Below are positions 36,542 through 48,464 of a stretch of DNA of 64,000 bases, piece after piece. This DNA is from Parcubacteria group bacterium Greene0714_7. Its GTDB lineage: Bacteria > Patescibacteriota > Minisyncoccia > Phycocordibacterales > Phycocordibacteraceae. Position numbers and translations under genes: made by a program. Within the stretch, counting starts at the first letter, position 1. Each line of letters begins with the position of its first letter. The stretch is from assembly GCA_007378985.1 (NCBI GenBank), contig VMHB01000002.1, positions 27,320 through 91,319 on the forward strand, in the 5' to 3' direction. A model generated the notes under the pieces. It was not told the origin of the DNA. It worked only from the letters and a program-made list of their open reading frames with translations, and searched no databases.

Positions 36542-36937
36542 TTAAATCATCCTGACGTCCACCGATACCCCGGAAGGGAGTGAAAGGTTCGTCAACGCAT
36601 CAATGATTTTGGGCGTTGGATTTACGATGTCCAAAATTCGCTTATGGGTGCGGATTTCGAACTGCTCACGAGCATCTTTGTAGACGAACGATGAGGCGTT
36701 GACCGTAAACTTCTTGATGTCAGTTGGAAGCGGGATAGGGCCAACAACCTCCGCATCAAAGCGGAGCGCAGTGTCGATTATCTGCTTCACCGAAGCATCC
36801 AAAACTTTGTGGTCATATGCACGAACACGAAGACGTAATTTACCTAGACCCGCAACTGGAGCCGAAGCTTTCGCTGTTTTTGCTCCTGCTTTTGGTGCCT
36901 TGCGGACAGGCGTCTTTTTTTCTTTAGTGTCGGACAT
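36542..36937 (-). CDS. rpsJ: 30S ribosomal protein S10 (Lys/Ala-rich N-terminal extension)
   Basis: [23 protein letters not shown]...THKRILDIV core. Confidence 0.9.
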   Translation of the reverse strand: MSDTKEKKTPVRKAPKAGAKTAKASAPVAGLGKLRLRVRAYDHKVLDASVKQIIDTALRFDAEVVGPIPLPTDIKKFTVNASSFVYKDAREQFEIRTHKRILDIVNPTPKIIDALTNLSLPSGVSVDVRMI

Positions 36938-36966
36938 AAATTTTCAAAGTTCGTGAATACTAGGCT

Positions 36967-38163
<1,197 letters not shown>

Positions 38164-38345
38164 ATAATTAATTATTAGTGCGTAGTAATTGGTAACACTG
38201 GTAAAAACAAATCAAAGAGCCCGAGAGCTCTTGCCATCGATAGTCCTCGCACAACATTAGTGAGGAGTCTATAGACGAAAAGAACGCGTGAAGCGTTACG
38301 AGGTACTGTATCTGAAACCTAGAAAAGAGTCAAGAAATTAAGCTC

Positions 38346-38591
38346 CTAAAGGTCTATTATCGCATTACGCTTTCGTGCAAGTTTCTGAGCAATCGTGTGA
38401 ATCCGTGCTTTCACTTCTTCATTAAGAGGTCTAGGTGCGGGCACCTCAGCAATTTCCTCTTCAAGAGTGCGAACACGCCTCGGAGCCGGATGAACGTAGC
38501 AGTCAGTAGTATCTTGGAGAGCTCCGCCTTCAAAACGGCCCAGCATCCTTCGGGGGTCATTTGCTCTTCTCCAATTCATTTTAGAGCCCAT
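38346..38591 (-). CDS. Hypothetical small protein between fusA and tuf
   Basis: 81-aa ORF with no recognised similarity, in an unusual position within the str operon. Confidence 0.3.
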   Translation of the reverse strand: MGSKMNWRRANDPRRMLGRFEGGALQDTTDCYVHPAPRRVRTLEEEIAEVPAPRPLNEEVKARIHTIAQKLARKRNAIIDL

Positions 38592-38828
38592 AACAAAGCA
38601 ATCATACTTTAAGCCCGTAAAAAACCGAAGGAAACAAGACCTTTAATGAACAAAACTTTTGAGGGGTGCGCAGGGGTCGCAATACCAAGCCCTATCTATA
38701 TAAACATCTGCAGTATTTGAGCAGAGCTTACACTTCGGGCTTTCTGGAGGTAATCCAGAAATTTCTCTATTCACCGCTCTTTCCTGCCCTCCCCACATAG
38801 TAATTAAGAAAATACCCTAGAGAAAACT

Positions 38829-40982
<2,154 letters not shown>

Positions 40983-40994
40983 AGTAATTAAAAA

Positions 40995-41249
40995 TTAATT
41001 TTTAGCTTTTTTAAATTCCACTACCTGTCCTGTCTTACCTGTAGCCTTTTTTTCTTGGACAGCTTTCTTTTTTCCAATCAGTGCTCTAACAACCTCCATT
41101 TGAGATGCGATCGTTACGGCAGTAACCGAGTCAACTTCGCGCCATTGACCGCCCAGATCTAAAAGAAGCGCCTCTAGTTTTGGTAATGATAGCCTACTAA
41201 AACGAAATCTAGTGACTGGATCGCTTTCTCCAGACATAAAAACTACCAC
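40995..41249 (-). CDS. Hypothetical small protein between rpsG and fusA
   Basis: 84-aa ORF with no recognised similarity; overlaps the rpsG stop by 7 nt. Confidence 0.3.
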   Translation of the reverse strand: MVVFMSGESDPVTRFRFSRLSLPKLEALLLDLGGQWREVDSVTAVTIASQMEVVRALIGKKKAVQEKKATGKTGQVVEFKKAKN

Positions 41250-41713
41250 GCCAAGTGAGCAAACGCACGGTTTGACTCCGCCATGCGGTGTACATCCTCA
41301 CGCTTCTTCACTGCACTTCCTTCATTTTTAGAAGCTGCCATGAGCTCATCAGCAAGCTTCAAAGCCATTGGCTTTCCCTTCTTTGCGCGAGCCGCTGAAA
41401 CAATCCATCTGAAAGCAAGTGAGCGACGGCGTTCTGGCCTGACTTCACGGGGAACTTGGTAGTTTGCACCACCGACACGGCGTGAGCGTACCTCGATTGT
41501 TGGGCTTACATTAGAAATTGCTGTATCAAAAACAACTATTGGGTCAAGCGTATCATCACGCTTTTTTATTTCATCGAGGGCGTCATAGACAATTGTCTGT
41601 GCAACGCTTTTCTTTCCATCCCACATAACAGTGTTGATGAAGCGAGCCAAAAACTCTGAATCATATTTTGAATCAGGATTGATGATATTTTGTTTTTTGA
41701 GTCGTCTACGCAT
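41243..41713 (-). CDS. rpsG: 30S ribosomal protein S7
   Basis: [43 protein letters not shown]. Confidence 0.95.
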   Translation of the reverse strand: MRRRLKKQNIINPDSKYDSEFLARFINTVMWDGKKSVAQTIVYDALDEIKKRDDTLDPIVVFDTAISNVSPTIEVRSRRVGGANYQVPREVRPERRRSLAFRWIVSAARAKKGKPMALKLADELMAASKNEGSAVKKREDVHRMAESNRAFAHLAW

Positions 41714-41716
41714 ATA

Positions 41717-42058
41717 TTATTTTGCCTTTGGGCGCTTGTAGCGAAGCGAAAGGTCCTTAGTACGACCACCACGAAGCATAACCACTGAGTGTTCCTGCAA
41801 GTTGTGACCTTCACCAGGAATGTAGGCAGTTACTTCCATGCCGTTTGTTAAACGAACACGAGCAATTTTACGAACAGCTGAGTTTGGCTTTCTTGGAGTT
41901 TTGGTTGTTACTTTTGTGCAGACACCTCGTTTAAATGGTGATGGGTAGAAGGTAGGGCGATTCTTTAATACGTTGAAACCACGTGACAAAGCAACGGTTT
42001 TCGTCTTACGAGATGTTTTTTTGCGAGGGTTTTTCCTCAGTTGATTTATTGTAGCCAT
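41717..42058 (-). CDS. rpsL: 30S ribosomal protein S12
   Basis: [14 protein letters not shown]...[34 protein letters not shown]. The start is set at the MATINQ Met rather than ORF-track 42121. Confidence 0.9.
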   Translation of the reverse strand: MATINQLRKNPRKKTSRKTKTVALSRGFNVLKNRPTFYPSPFKRGVCTKVTTKTPRKPNSAVRKIARVRLTNGMEVTAYIPGEGHNLQEHSVVMLRGGRTKDLSLRYKRPKAK

Positions 42059-42306
42059 TTTTACGAAAAAACTGCGCAAGGGCAGTTCGGATACTATACA
42101 AGGCAAGGCTTGGAAATACAAGCCTTGCCCGCTAACTAACGCACCTCAATCTATCAAATACCAGTGACCCTCTTATATTGCAGGCTTGTGTTTTGAACAC
42201 CGAAAGCCATATTCTCCATAATGCCAGCCTAAATTGCCACATTTCCGATACCCACACTTTCCTTTTTGTGCACCTTCGCGTGCCATAGCCTTCAGATAAT
42301 AGCTTT

Positions 42307-42936
42307 TTAAGTACCAACGATTAATGAGAAGAGTGTCTGCACAAATCCAGAGAGGTATGGCCATAAGAGGTATATCGCCAGAAGACTAACCATAATGAGA
42401 CCAACCGGGCCAAGGGCATACATTGAGGTTTCAAGACGCCCGTAGGCAAGAGCTAGATTACTGGGGAGTATAGAGCGAAGAACTTTTGAGCCATCGAGTG
42501 GTGGTATCGGAATAAGATTATAGATTGCCAATACGAGGTTGGCGTATACCACCGTTACACATATACCGAGAAATGCCCCCGAAAGCCCTAAAGAACCGGA
42601 AAATCGTAAAATAAGCCCAAATATAAGGGCAATTAGAACATTGGTGAGAGGACCTGCCGCTCCGACCATTGCCTCTCCCCATCGTTGATTCTTTAAATTG
42701 TAGGGGTTATAAGGAACCGGTTTTGCCCACCCTATTAAGAAAGAGGACCCTGTTAATGCCAAGATGCCTGGGATAAGAACAGACCCTACTGGATCAATAT
42801 GGGGCAACGGATTTAAGGTCAGTCTCCCTGCATAACGCGCTGTTGGATCGCCGAGCCAATTAGCCACAAAGCCATGCGCAATCTCATGAAGGATTATTGA
42901 GAGAATAACTATAACGATGCCGATGAGGAATTCCAT
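42307..42936 (-). CDS. Site-2 protease family zinc metalloprotease (peptidase M50)
   Basis: HEIAHG HExxH motif within a TM helix; polytopic, 209 aa. Confidence 0.8.
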   Translation of the reverse strand: MEFLIGIVIVILSIILHEIAHGFVANWLGDPTARYAGRLTLNPLPHIDPVGSVLIPGILALTGSSFLIGWAKPVPYNPYNLKNQRWGEAMVGAAGPLTNVLIALIFGLILRFSGSLGLSGAFLGICVTVVYANLVLAIYNLIPIPPLDGSKVLRSILPSNLALAYGRLETSMYALGPVGLIMVSLLAIYLLWPYLSGFVQTLFSLIVGT

Positions 42937-42947
42937 ATTTAGCTAGC

Positions 42948-43010
42948 CAATAGGGTATAGGGTATAGGGTAACAGCATTAAAATCTAGTGGCTAAACCCT
43001 AGTGGCTAGT
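42948..43010. repeat. Divergent-promoter-region copies of the CCCTAA-like repeat (minus: ccaatagggtatagggtatagggtaac; plus: ctaaaccctagtggctagtggc)
   Basis: Each copy sits in sense orientation upstream of its own divergent gene. Confidence 0.7.
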
Positions 43011-43034
43011 GGCTCACGATGCTACACTCGCACT

Positions 43035-43775
43035 ATGCAACGAGAAAAAGTCTATATATATGGAAAGCACGCCGTCGCTGAGGCGGTCGAGCATGCCACG
43101 CATGTAGTTAAGAAAGTTTTCCTTTCGCCGGTCTTTGATGATGAAAAAATAAAAAATCTTTTAGAGAAGAAAAAAATAACCATCGCTACACTCAAAGGAA
43201 GCGACATGGTGGGCAACGATGCAGTGCATCAAGGTATCGTCGCCATAATCGATACCGAGGCACTCTTGGTTCCTTTTGAAACATTCATACAAACACTCAA
43301 CATTGCTAAAAAACCGGCGCTCGTACTCTTAGGAGAACTACAAGATCCGCACAATGTGGGCGCAATCATTCGATCCGCGGCAGCGATGGGACTCTCTGCT
43401 GTTCTTATTCCTGAACACCGCACCGCCCCAATAACAGGAGCCGTAGTAAAAACATCAGCAGGTATGGCATTCCGTATTCCTCTGGTAACTATTGGTAATG
43501 TAAATCAAACTATTCGCCTTCTTAAAGAGAAAGGATTTTGGACATACGGCCTTGCAGGCAAGGGTGCGCAATCGCTCATTGATGAATCGTTCAGCGAACC
43601 GTCGCTGTTTATTGTTGGCAACGAAGGAAAAGGTATTCGTGAAAAAACCGAAGAGTTATGCGATGTGTTGCTTCGTATTCCTGTACATCCACGCACCGAG
43701 TCATTAAATGCTGCCGCTTCCGCCGCAATAGTCTTCTACGAATGGAGTCGCGGACACCAAGGCGCTCTCAAATAA
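43035..43775 (+). CDS. TrmH/SpoU-family RNA 2'-O-methyltransferase (RlmB-like)
   Basis: LGELQDPHNVGAIIRSAAAMG and IVGNEGKGIR SPOUT motifs. The start is uncertain (43002 or 43035). Confidence 0.8.
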   Translation: MQREKVYIYGKHAVAEAVEHATHVVKKVFLSPVFDDEKIKNLLEKKKITIATLKGSDMVGNDAVHQGIVAIIDTEALLVPFETFIQTLNIAKKPALVLLGELQDPHNVGAIIRSAAAMGLSAVLIPEHRTAPITGAVVKTSAGMAFRIPLVTIGNVNQTIRLLKEKGFWTYGLAGKGAQSLIDESFSEPSLFIVGNEGKGIREKTEELCDVLLRIPVHPRTESLNAAASAAIVFYEWSRGHQGALK

Positions 43776-43816
43776 TTAAAGAGGTTAAATTTCAGATTTA
43801 AAGCTGAAAGCTGAGT

Positions 43817-43843
43817 GTTCCCTTCGGAACCGATGAGACATCG
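43817..43843 (+). repeat. Two-hairpin UNCG element copy c (GTTCC-CTTC-GGAAC + CGATG-AGA-CATCG)
   Basis: Stem base pairs co-vary relative to copies a/b (GATCC/GGATC becomes GTTCC/GGAAC). Confidence 0.65.
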
Positions 43844-43860
43844 CCTGATACCTACTTATT

Positions 43861-44577
43861 ATGAGTCGACAAAACAATTTCTGGAATAAAGAATACGGCA
43901 AATCAAACCGCACCGGTGGGGCAAACCCTCACCTTGCTCTTTCGGTTGAACCATCTGAAGATTTGGAAAAGTTCGGACGATTTTTAATGCGTGAGTATGG
44001 AAAAAAATTCCTCAATGTAACTGCGCAGGCGCTCGACATTGGATGTGGCAACGGGCGCAATCTCATTTATCTTGCAAACACATTTGGTATGCGGGGGGTT
44101 GGATACGATCTTTCAGAGGTAGCTATCACTGTCGCCAAAAAAGCAGGGGAAGGCTTGCCACTCAAATTTTTTGTGCAAGACATGGAAAAACCAATTCCCT
44201 TGCCTGACGCATCAGTCACCATTGCACTCGACATGATGAGTTCGCATGTATTGAAGACTGCCGAGCGTGAACAACTCCGAACTGAAATACTCCGTGTCTT
44301 AAAACCAGGAGGATGGCTTTTCTTTAAATCGTTCCTTCTTGATGACGATTCTCATGCAAAACGCCTACTCCGTGAAAACCCAGGGGAAGAAGCGGGGATG
44401 TACATTCATCCAGAAATTCACACCGCCGAGTATGTCTGGACAGAAGAAGCACTGCGCGAGTTCTTTGAACCCTATTTCACTATCCACAAAATAGAGAAGT
44501 CTTTCAAACATAAGCACGCTGACGGAAGTGCATGGAAGCGTCGTACCATTGTTGCGTACCTAGAGAAGAGTAACTAG
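43861..44577 (+). CDS. Class I SAM-dependent methyltransferase
   Basis: LDIGCGNGRN motif I. Confidence 0.8.
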   Translation: MSRQNNFWNKEYGKSNRTGGANPHLALSVEPSEDLEKFGRFLMREYGKKFLNVTAQALDIGCGNGRNLIYLANTFGMRGVGYDLSEVAITVAKKAGEGLPLKFFVQDMEKPIPLPDASVTIALDMMSSHVLKTAEREQLRTEILRVLKPGGWLFFKSFLLDDDSHAKRLLRENPGEEAGMYIHPEIHTAEYVWTEEALREFFEPYFTIHKIEKSFKHKHADGSAWKRRTIVAYLEKSN

Positions 44578-44595
44578 GTAATAGGAATCCTCCCT

Positions 44596-44630
44596 AAACC
44601 CTAGTGGCTAACAACTAAACCCTGAGCGTG
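44596..44630 (+). repeat. CCCTAA-like repeat copy (cctaaaccctagtggctaacaactaaaccctgag) upstream of rpmB
   Basis: Motif family. Confidence 0.7.
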
Positions 44631-44671
44631 GGATTTACTTTTCATTTTTAGGATGGTATCCTCTAAAAACT

Positions 44672-44914
44672 ATGGCTAAGGCATGCGCTGTAACTGGTAA
44701 ATCATCTCTCGTCGGAGGGAGGTATTCAAATCGCACTCGTGCGACGCAGTACAACCCATGCGGTAAGGTACGCCGTAAGGCAAACCTACAAAAGCACAAA
44801 ATCTTTGTGCCTGAGCTTAATAAGCACATTTCGCTTCTTCTTTCAGCTCGTGCTGTAAAGACCATTGCAAAGCGCGGTGCTTTTAAGACCCTCAAGAAAG
44901 CTAATATTATTTAA
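44672..44914 (+). CDS. rpmB: 50S ribosomal protein L28
   Basis: MAKACAVTGKSSLVGGRYSNRTRATQYNP... Confidence 0.85.
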   Translation: MAKACAVTGKSSLVGGRYSNRTRATQYNPCGKVRRKANLQKHKIFVPELNKHISLLLSARAVKTIAKRGAFKTLKKANII

Positions 44915-44923
44915 CTACTCTTT

Positions 44924-44965
44924 AAGGTAGACGGTACGCCGTTTATCTTAGGGAGTTTTTTTATT
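44924..44965 (+). terminator. Terminator-like hairpin after rpmB (acgg-tacg-ccgt, UACG tetraloop, then T-run)
   Basis: Hairpin plus agtttttttatttt. Confidence 0.4.
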
Positions 44966-45128
44966 TTGAACTATATGTCAGAAAAAAGATTTCCACCAAA
45001 CAGAAGCCGCTCACTCCTCGAAGAGTGGGTAGTGAGAGTCTGCAATTTGTGCAGTAAAGAACGCCCCGCATATATGTTCTCGCACAAAAGAAATGAGTGT
45101 GTGATTTGCGTTCCTGCCTAAACACCCG

Positions 45129-45965
45129 TTAGTATTTGGCAACCTTAAGAGTATGGCCATCTGATAGGAAAGTGACTCTACCATTCTTGCAGGTATCAAG
45201 AATGGGAATATCGAGACTCTGAAATAGATCTCCAACTCTAGATGCTGGGTGCCCGTACTTGTTATCGCATCCACGAGAAAATATTCCGTACTCTGGATTA
45301 ACTGCTTTCACAAATTCAGGTGCACTGGAGTTTTTTGAACCATGGTGCCCAGCTTTCAAAATAGTGCTCTGGAGATTTTTACCATCAATCGAAACTAAAT
45401 ACTTTTCAATAACCTGCGGAGAATCCCCGTTTAATAAAAATGATGTATTCCCATACACAACACGCATGACGATGGAGCCCGTGTTTGTTTCAATTTTGGA
45501 TACATCCCTATCTGGAAAAAGAATATCTGCGTATGCCCCGCCGCCGAGAATTAACCGCATACCCCGCCTAGCAGTAATTTTTTTCACTCCTGATTTTTGT
45601 ACTGCCAAAACAGTAGCCTTTGTTGCTTTGGTATCGTTCGGAATGTCTGGCTCCAAAAATGTTTCCACCCTGTAGCGCTCAAATACATCAGGAATACCTC
45701 CAAGATGATCTTGATCTGGATGTGTCTCTACCATCGCATCAATAGAGCGATCAAACATAGGCATCACACTTCCTAGTTCTCTAAGCACTGATTTGTCAGG
45801 AGGGCCGGCATCAACAAGCATTTGAATGCCTGTCGGACCTTCTATAAAAATAGAATCCCCTTGCCCAATATTTAAAAAAGAAACTTTGAGTCCGTGGGGA
45901 ATAGGAACCGTCCAGACAAAAATGTTTCCAAAAATGAGTAGCCCGATCAAAAAAATGCGTGCCAT
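45129..45965 (-). CDS. Stand-alone ComEC-type metallo-beta-lactamase domain protein (membrane-anchored)
   Basis: LNIGQGDS and THPDQDHLGG, typical of the ComEC C-terminal MBL domain. The start is trimmed to the Met preceding the TM helix to avoid overlap with the SOD gene. Confidence 0.7.
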   Translation of the reverse strand: MARIFLIGLLIFGNIFVWTVPIPHGLKVSFLNIGQGDSIFIEGPTGIQMLVDAGPPDKSVLRELGSVMPMFDRSIDAMVETHPDQDHLGGIPDVFERYRVETFLEPDIPNDTKATKATVLAVQKSGVKKITARRGMRLILGGGAYADILFPDRDVSKIETNTGSIVMRVVYGNTSFLLNGDSPQVIEKYLVSIDGKNLQSTILKAGHHGSKNSSAPEFVKAVNPEYGIFSRGCDNKYGHPASRVGDLFQSLDIPILDTCKNGRVTFLSDGHTLKVAKY

Positions 45966-46015
45966 ACTCACAATGATATACTGACCCCAGATTAAACTAA
46001 CTCCGCAAGCTTGGT

Positions 46016-46591
46016 ATGCACACTGCAAAAAAATTCAACTTTGGAAACTTAGACGGTATTTCGCCAAAACAGCTTGAAGTACACATCAAACTCTATGAGG
46101 GCTATGTAAAATTCTTAAACACACTTGAGGAAACTGCTGTAGACTTAAAAAAAGATTCTGAAAAAAACGCATACGCTCTCGCTGAAGTAACTCGACGCAT
46201 CGGATTTGAGTGGAACGGCATGCGAATGCACGAACACTACTTCTCACAGTGGGAGGGAACGCCCGCCCCTATCGAAGGCCCTCTGAAAGATGCGCTGGCG
46301 GCACAATATGGCTCATACGAATCTTGGGAGAACGAATTCAAAGCAGTTGGCATGATGCGTGGTATTGGATGGGCGATGCTTTCGTATGACGCAACAACCA
46401 AGAACTTTCTCACTCACTTTGTTGCTGACCACGAGCTAGGACAACTCAATGACACAAAGACAATCCTCGCTCTTGATATGTGGGAACACGCCTACATGGT
46501 GGATTACACTCCAGCCGAAAAAAAGACCTATATAGAGGCATTCTTTAAAAATTTGAATGGCGCTGTGGTTCAATCACGTTTCCCTTCCTGA
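46016..46591 (+). CDS. sodA: Fe/Mn superoxide dismutase
   Basis: DMWEHAYMVDY C-terminal signature and N-terminal metal-ligand His region. Confidence 0.8.
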   Translation: MHTAKKFNFGNLDGISPKQLEVHIKLYEGYVKFLNTLEETAVDLKKDSEKNAYALAEVTRRIGFEWNGMRMHEHYFSQWEGTPAPIEGPLKDALAAQYGSYESWENEFKAVGMMRGIGWAMLSYDATTKNFLTHFVADHELGQLNDTKTILALDMWEHAYMVDYTPAEKKTYIEAFFKNLNGAVVQSRFPS

Positions 46592-47954
46592 AACGGAAAA
46601 ACAACAAGCCTGCCACTCCATACGCAAACCCAAGCACCATCAAAAGTGGCCACATCCACTCTCGTGGAATAGGGAGAGAGGCAAACGGAAGTATCCCAAA
46701 AAATGTTGCGATAGAAATAATATAAGAAAGGATTCCGTACGCAAAGATGCTTAGTGGGAAAGCGAGTACCGGAGAGACAATTGAGGTAATCGACGCAAAG
46801 AAACCAACAAACATAGCGAGCGGAACTGCGGGTAAGACAAGTGCATTTGCTGGAAGAAATACGAGAGACACTGCGCCTACAGAAAATATAAGAAGTGGCA
46901 ATACCGTCACCTGCGTTGCAAGAGTAGTTGAAACAATTTCACGAAATGGGAAATATTTAAAATCAGGAATGAACTTCAAATGGTCTGCAATTTTTGCAGA
47001 AAATAATATAAGTCCGAGCGTTGCAAGAATAGAGAGTTGGAATGAGAGATCATACAAAACAATAAACGGATTCATGACTGCCATTGTGGCGGCAGCAATG
47101 GCGAGCATACGTAGTGCTGCCTTTGGCCGATGCAAAACAGTCGCAACCATCATGAGGAGTGCCATGATGAGTGCGCGAATAGTTGTCTCAGATCCGCCAG
47201 TCATCACTGCAAAGCCAATAACAAAAACCGCAGAGAAACTATATGCAACTTTGCGTGAAAATATTTTTAGAAAAACAAAAGAAATCCACTGAATCACGAG
47301 CGCAACGTTGTAGCCAGAGAGAACAATAATGTGCACGACTCCTGCATTTCGAAATGCTCCCGTTATCTTTTCACCCAACGATTGTTTTTCACCGAGAAGT
47401 AAACCCGCAAGAAGTGCGGATTGAGGTTCTGGAACTGCACGCTCAATTCCTTTAATAAATAAATGTTTAACAGATAGAAGTCCCGCAACAATTGGATGCC
47501 CCTCTCCTGTTGCCAGTTTCGTAACCTGCGGAAATGAAATGATGTAGAGAATGTTATGTGCACGAAGATACTTTGGATAATTAAATGTTCGCCCTGAGTC
47601 AGTTTCAAAAGGCTCAGGTTTTTTAAGTTTTCCTTTTACACTAATGCGATCACCATAGACGGCAGTCTCAAACGAATCCGCAAAGAGAAGTACTCGTACT
47701 TTCTCTTGAGCAGAAACACCATTCAACTTTTGCACTTTCACAACAAGGTGTGTGGTGCGTTCACGCTGGTCAGAGTCTCTCACTACAACGCCTTCAATGA
47801 CAACACTAGTATCAACTGAGTCTTCAAAAATCGAAGGAAGTTTTTCGGGTACCAATACTGAATACACTCCTGCACCAACTACGAGCCCGACACAAAGTAT
47901 CGGCACGACATTTCGAATAAAAAAACTCTTGAAAAACTCTGTATGATATATCAT
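46545..47954 (-). CDS. comEC: ComEC/Rec2 DNA-uptake channel (membrane domains only)
   Basis: DUF4131-like N-terminus plus polytopic competence domain (VVHIIVLSGYNVALV). No fused MBL domain. Confidence 0.8.
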   Translation of the reverse strand: MIYHTEFFKSFFIRNVVPILCVGLVVGAGVYSVLVPEKLPSIFEDSVDTSVVIEGVVVRDSDQRERTTHLVVKVQKLNGVSAQEKVRVLLFADSFETAVYGDRISVKGKLKKPEPFETDSGRTFNYPKYLRAHNILYIISFPQVTKLATGEGHPIVAGLLSVKHLFIKGIERAVPEPQSALLAGLLLGEKQSLGEKITGAFRNAGVVHIIVLSGYNVALVIQWISFVFLKIFSRKVAYSFSAVFVIGFAVMTGGSETTIRALIMALLMMVATVLHRPKAALRMLAIAAATMAVMNPFIVLYDLSFQLSILATLGLILFSAKIADHLKFIPDFKYFPFREIVSTTLATQVTVLPLLIFSVGAVSLVFLPANALVLPAVPLAMFVGFFASITSIVSPVLAFPLSIFAYGILSYIISIATFFGILPFASLPIPREWMWPLLMVLGFAYGVAGLLFFRFRKGNVIEPQRHSNF

Positions 47955-47964
47955 ACAGAGTTTT
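47931..47964. promoter_or_regulatory. Perfect palindrome aaaaactctgtatgatatatcatacagagttttt at ComEC start (contains the TGTATGATATATCATACA box)
   Basis: A 34-bp perfect palindrome with the same 18-nt core as 11150..11169. It could act as an operator and/or a bidirectional terminator between comEC and rnhA. Confidence 0.5.
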
Positions 47965-47994
47965 TAGGAGAGAAAAATGCAGGCATACTGACAA

Positions 47995-48414
47995 TCAAAC
48001 CCCTCGATCCATTGCTTCGTTTGCAAGAGCGTCCGCTTCGCTATTTTCTTCGCGCGGTATGTGCATAAATTTTATTTGAGGAAATGATTCTGCAATGAGT
48101 ACACGCACTTTTGTGTGTTGTTCTTTAAGTACCGGATGCTTCACTTTGTACTCCCCTTTCATCTGACGAACAATTAATTCTGAATCCATTCTCACAACCA
48201 CTCCATGTGGCACTGGCGTTCCAAACGAATCAACCGTTGCACGAAGTGCCAAAATAAGCGCCTCATACTCTGCCCAATTATTAGTGCGCGTACCTAAAAA
48301 AGCCGAGATGCTCGCCGCATTCTTCCCTTTCAAATCTTTGACGACAGCGCCAGCCCCTGACGGTCCTGGATTACCTCGCGAACCTCCATCAGTATAAATA
48401 ATTATGTGCGACAT
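47995..48414 (-). CDS. rnhA: Ribonuclease H (type 1)
   Basis: IIIYTDGGSRGNPGPSGAGAVV... Confidence 0.9.
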   Translation of the reverse strand: MSHIIIYTDGGSRGNPGPSGAGAVVKDLKGKNAASISAFLGTRTNNWAEYEALILALRATVDSFGTPVPHGVVVRMDSELIVRQMKGEYKVKHPVLKEQHTKVRVLIAESFPQIKFMHIPREENSEADALANEAMDRGV

Positions 48415-48464
48415 TTGGGTATTGTATCGTATACCTCAATCAAAATTTCTGCAGACACCTTACG

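Noticed and set aside
42132-42364. Small minus-strand ORFs in the rpsL upstream gap
   Set aside because: They overlap each other and have no features or RBS context. The region more likely holds the str operon promoter and leader.
44635-44895. 86-aa minus-strand ORF
   Set aside because: Antisense to the clearly recognisable rpmB (L28).
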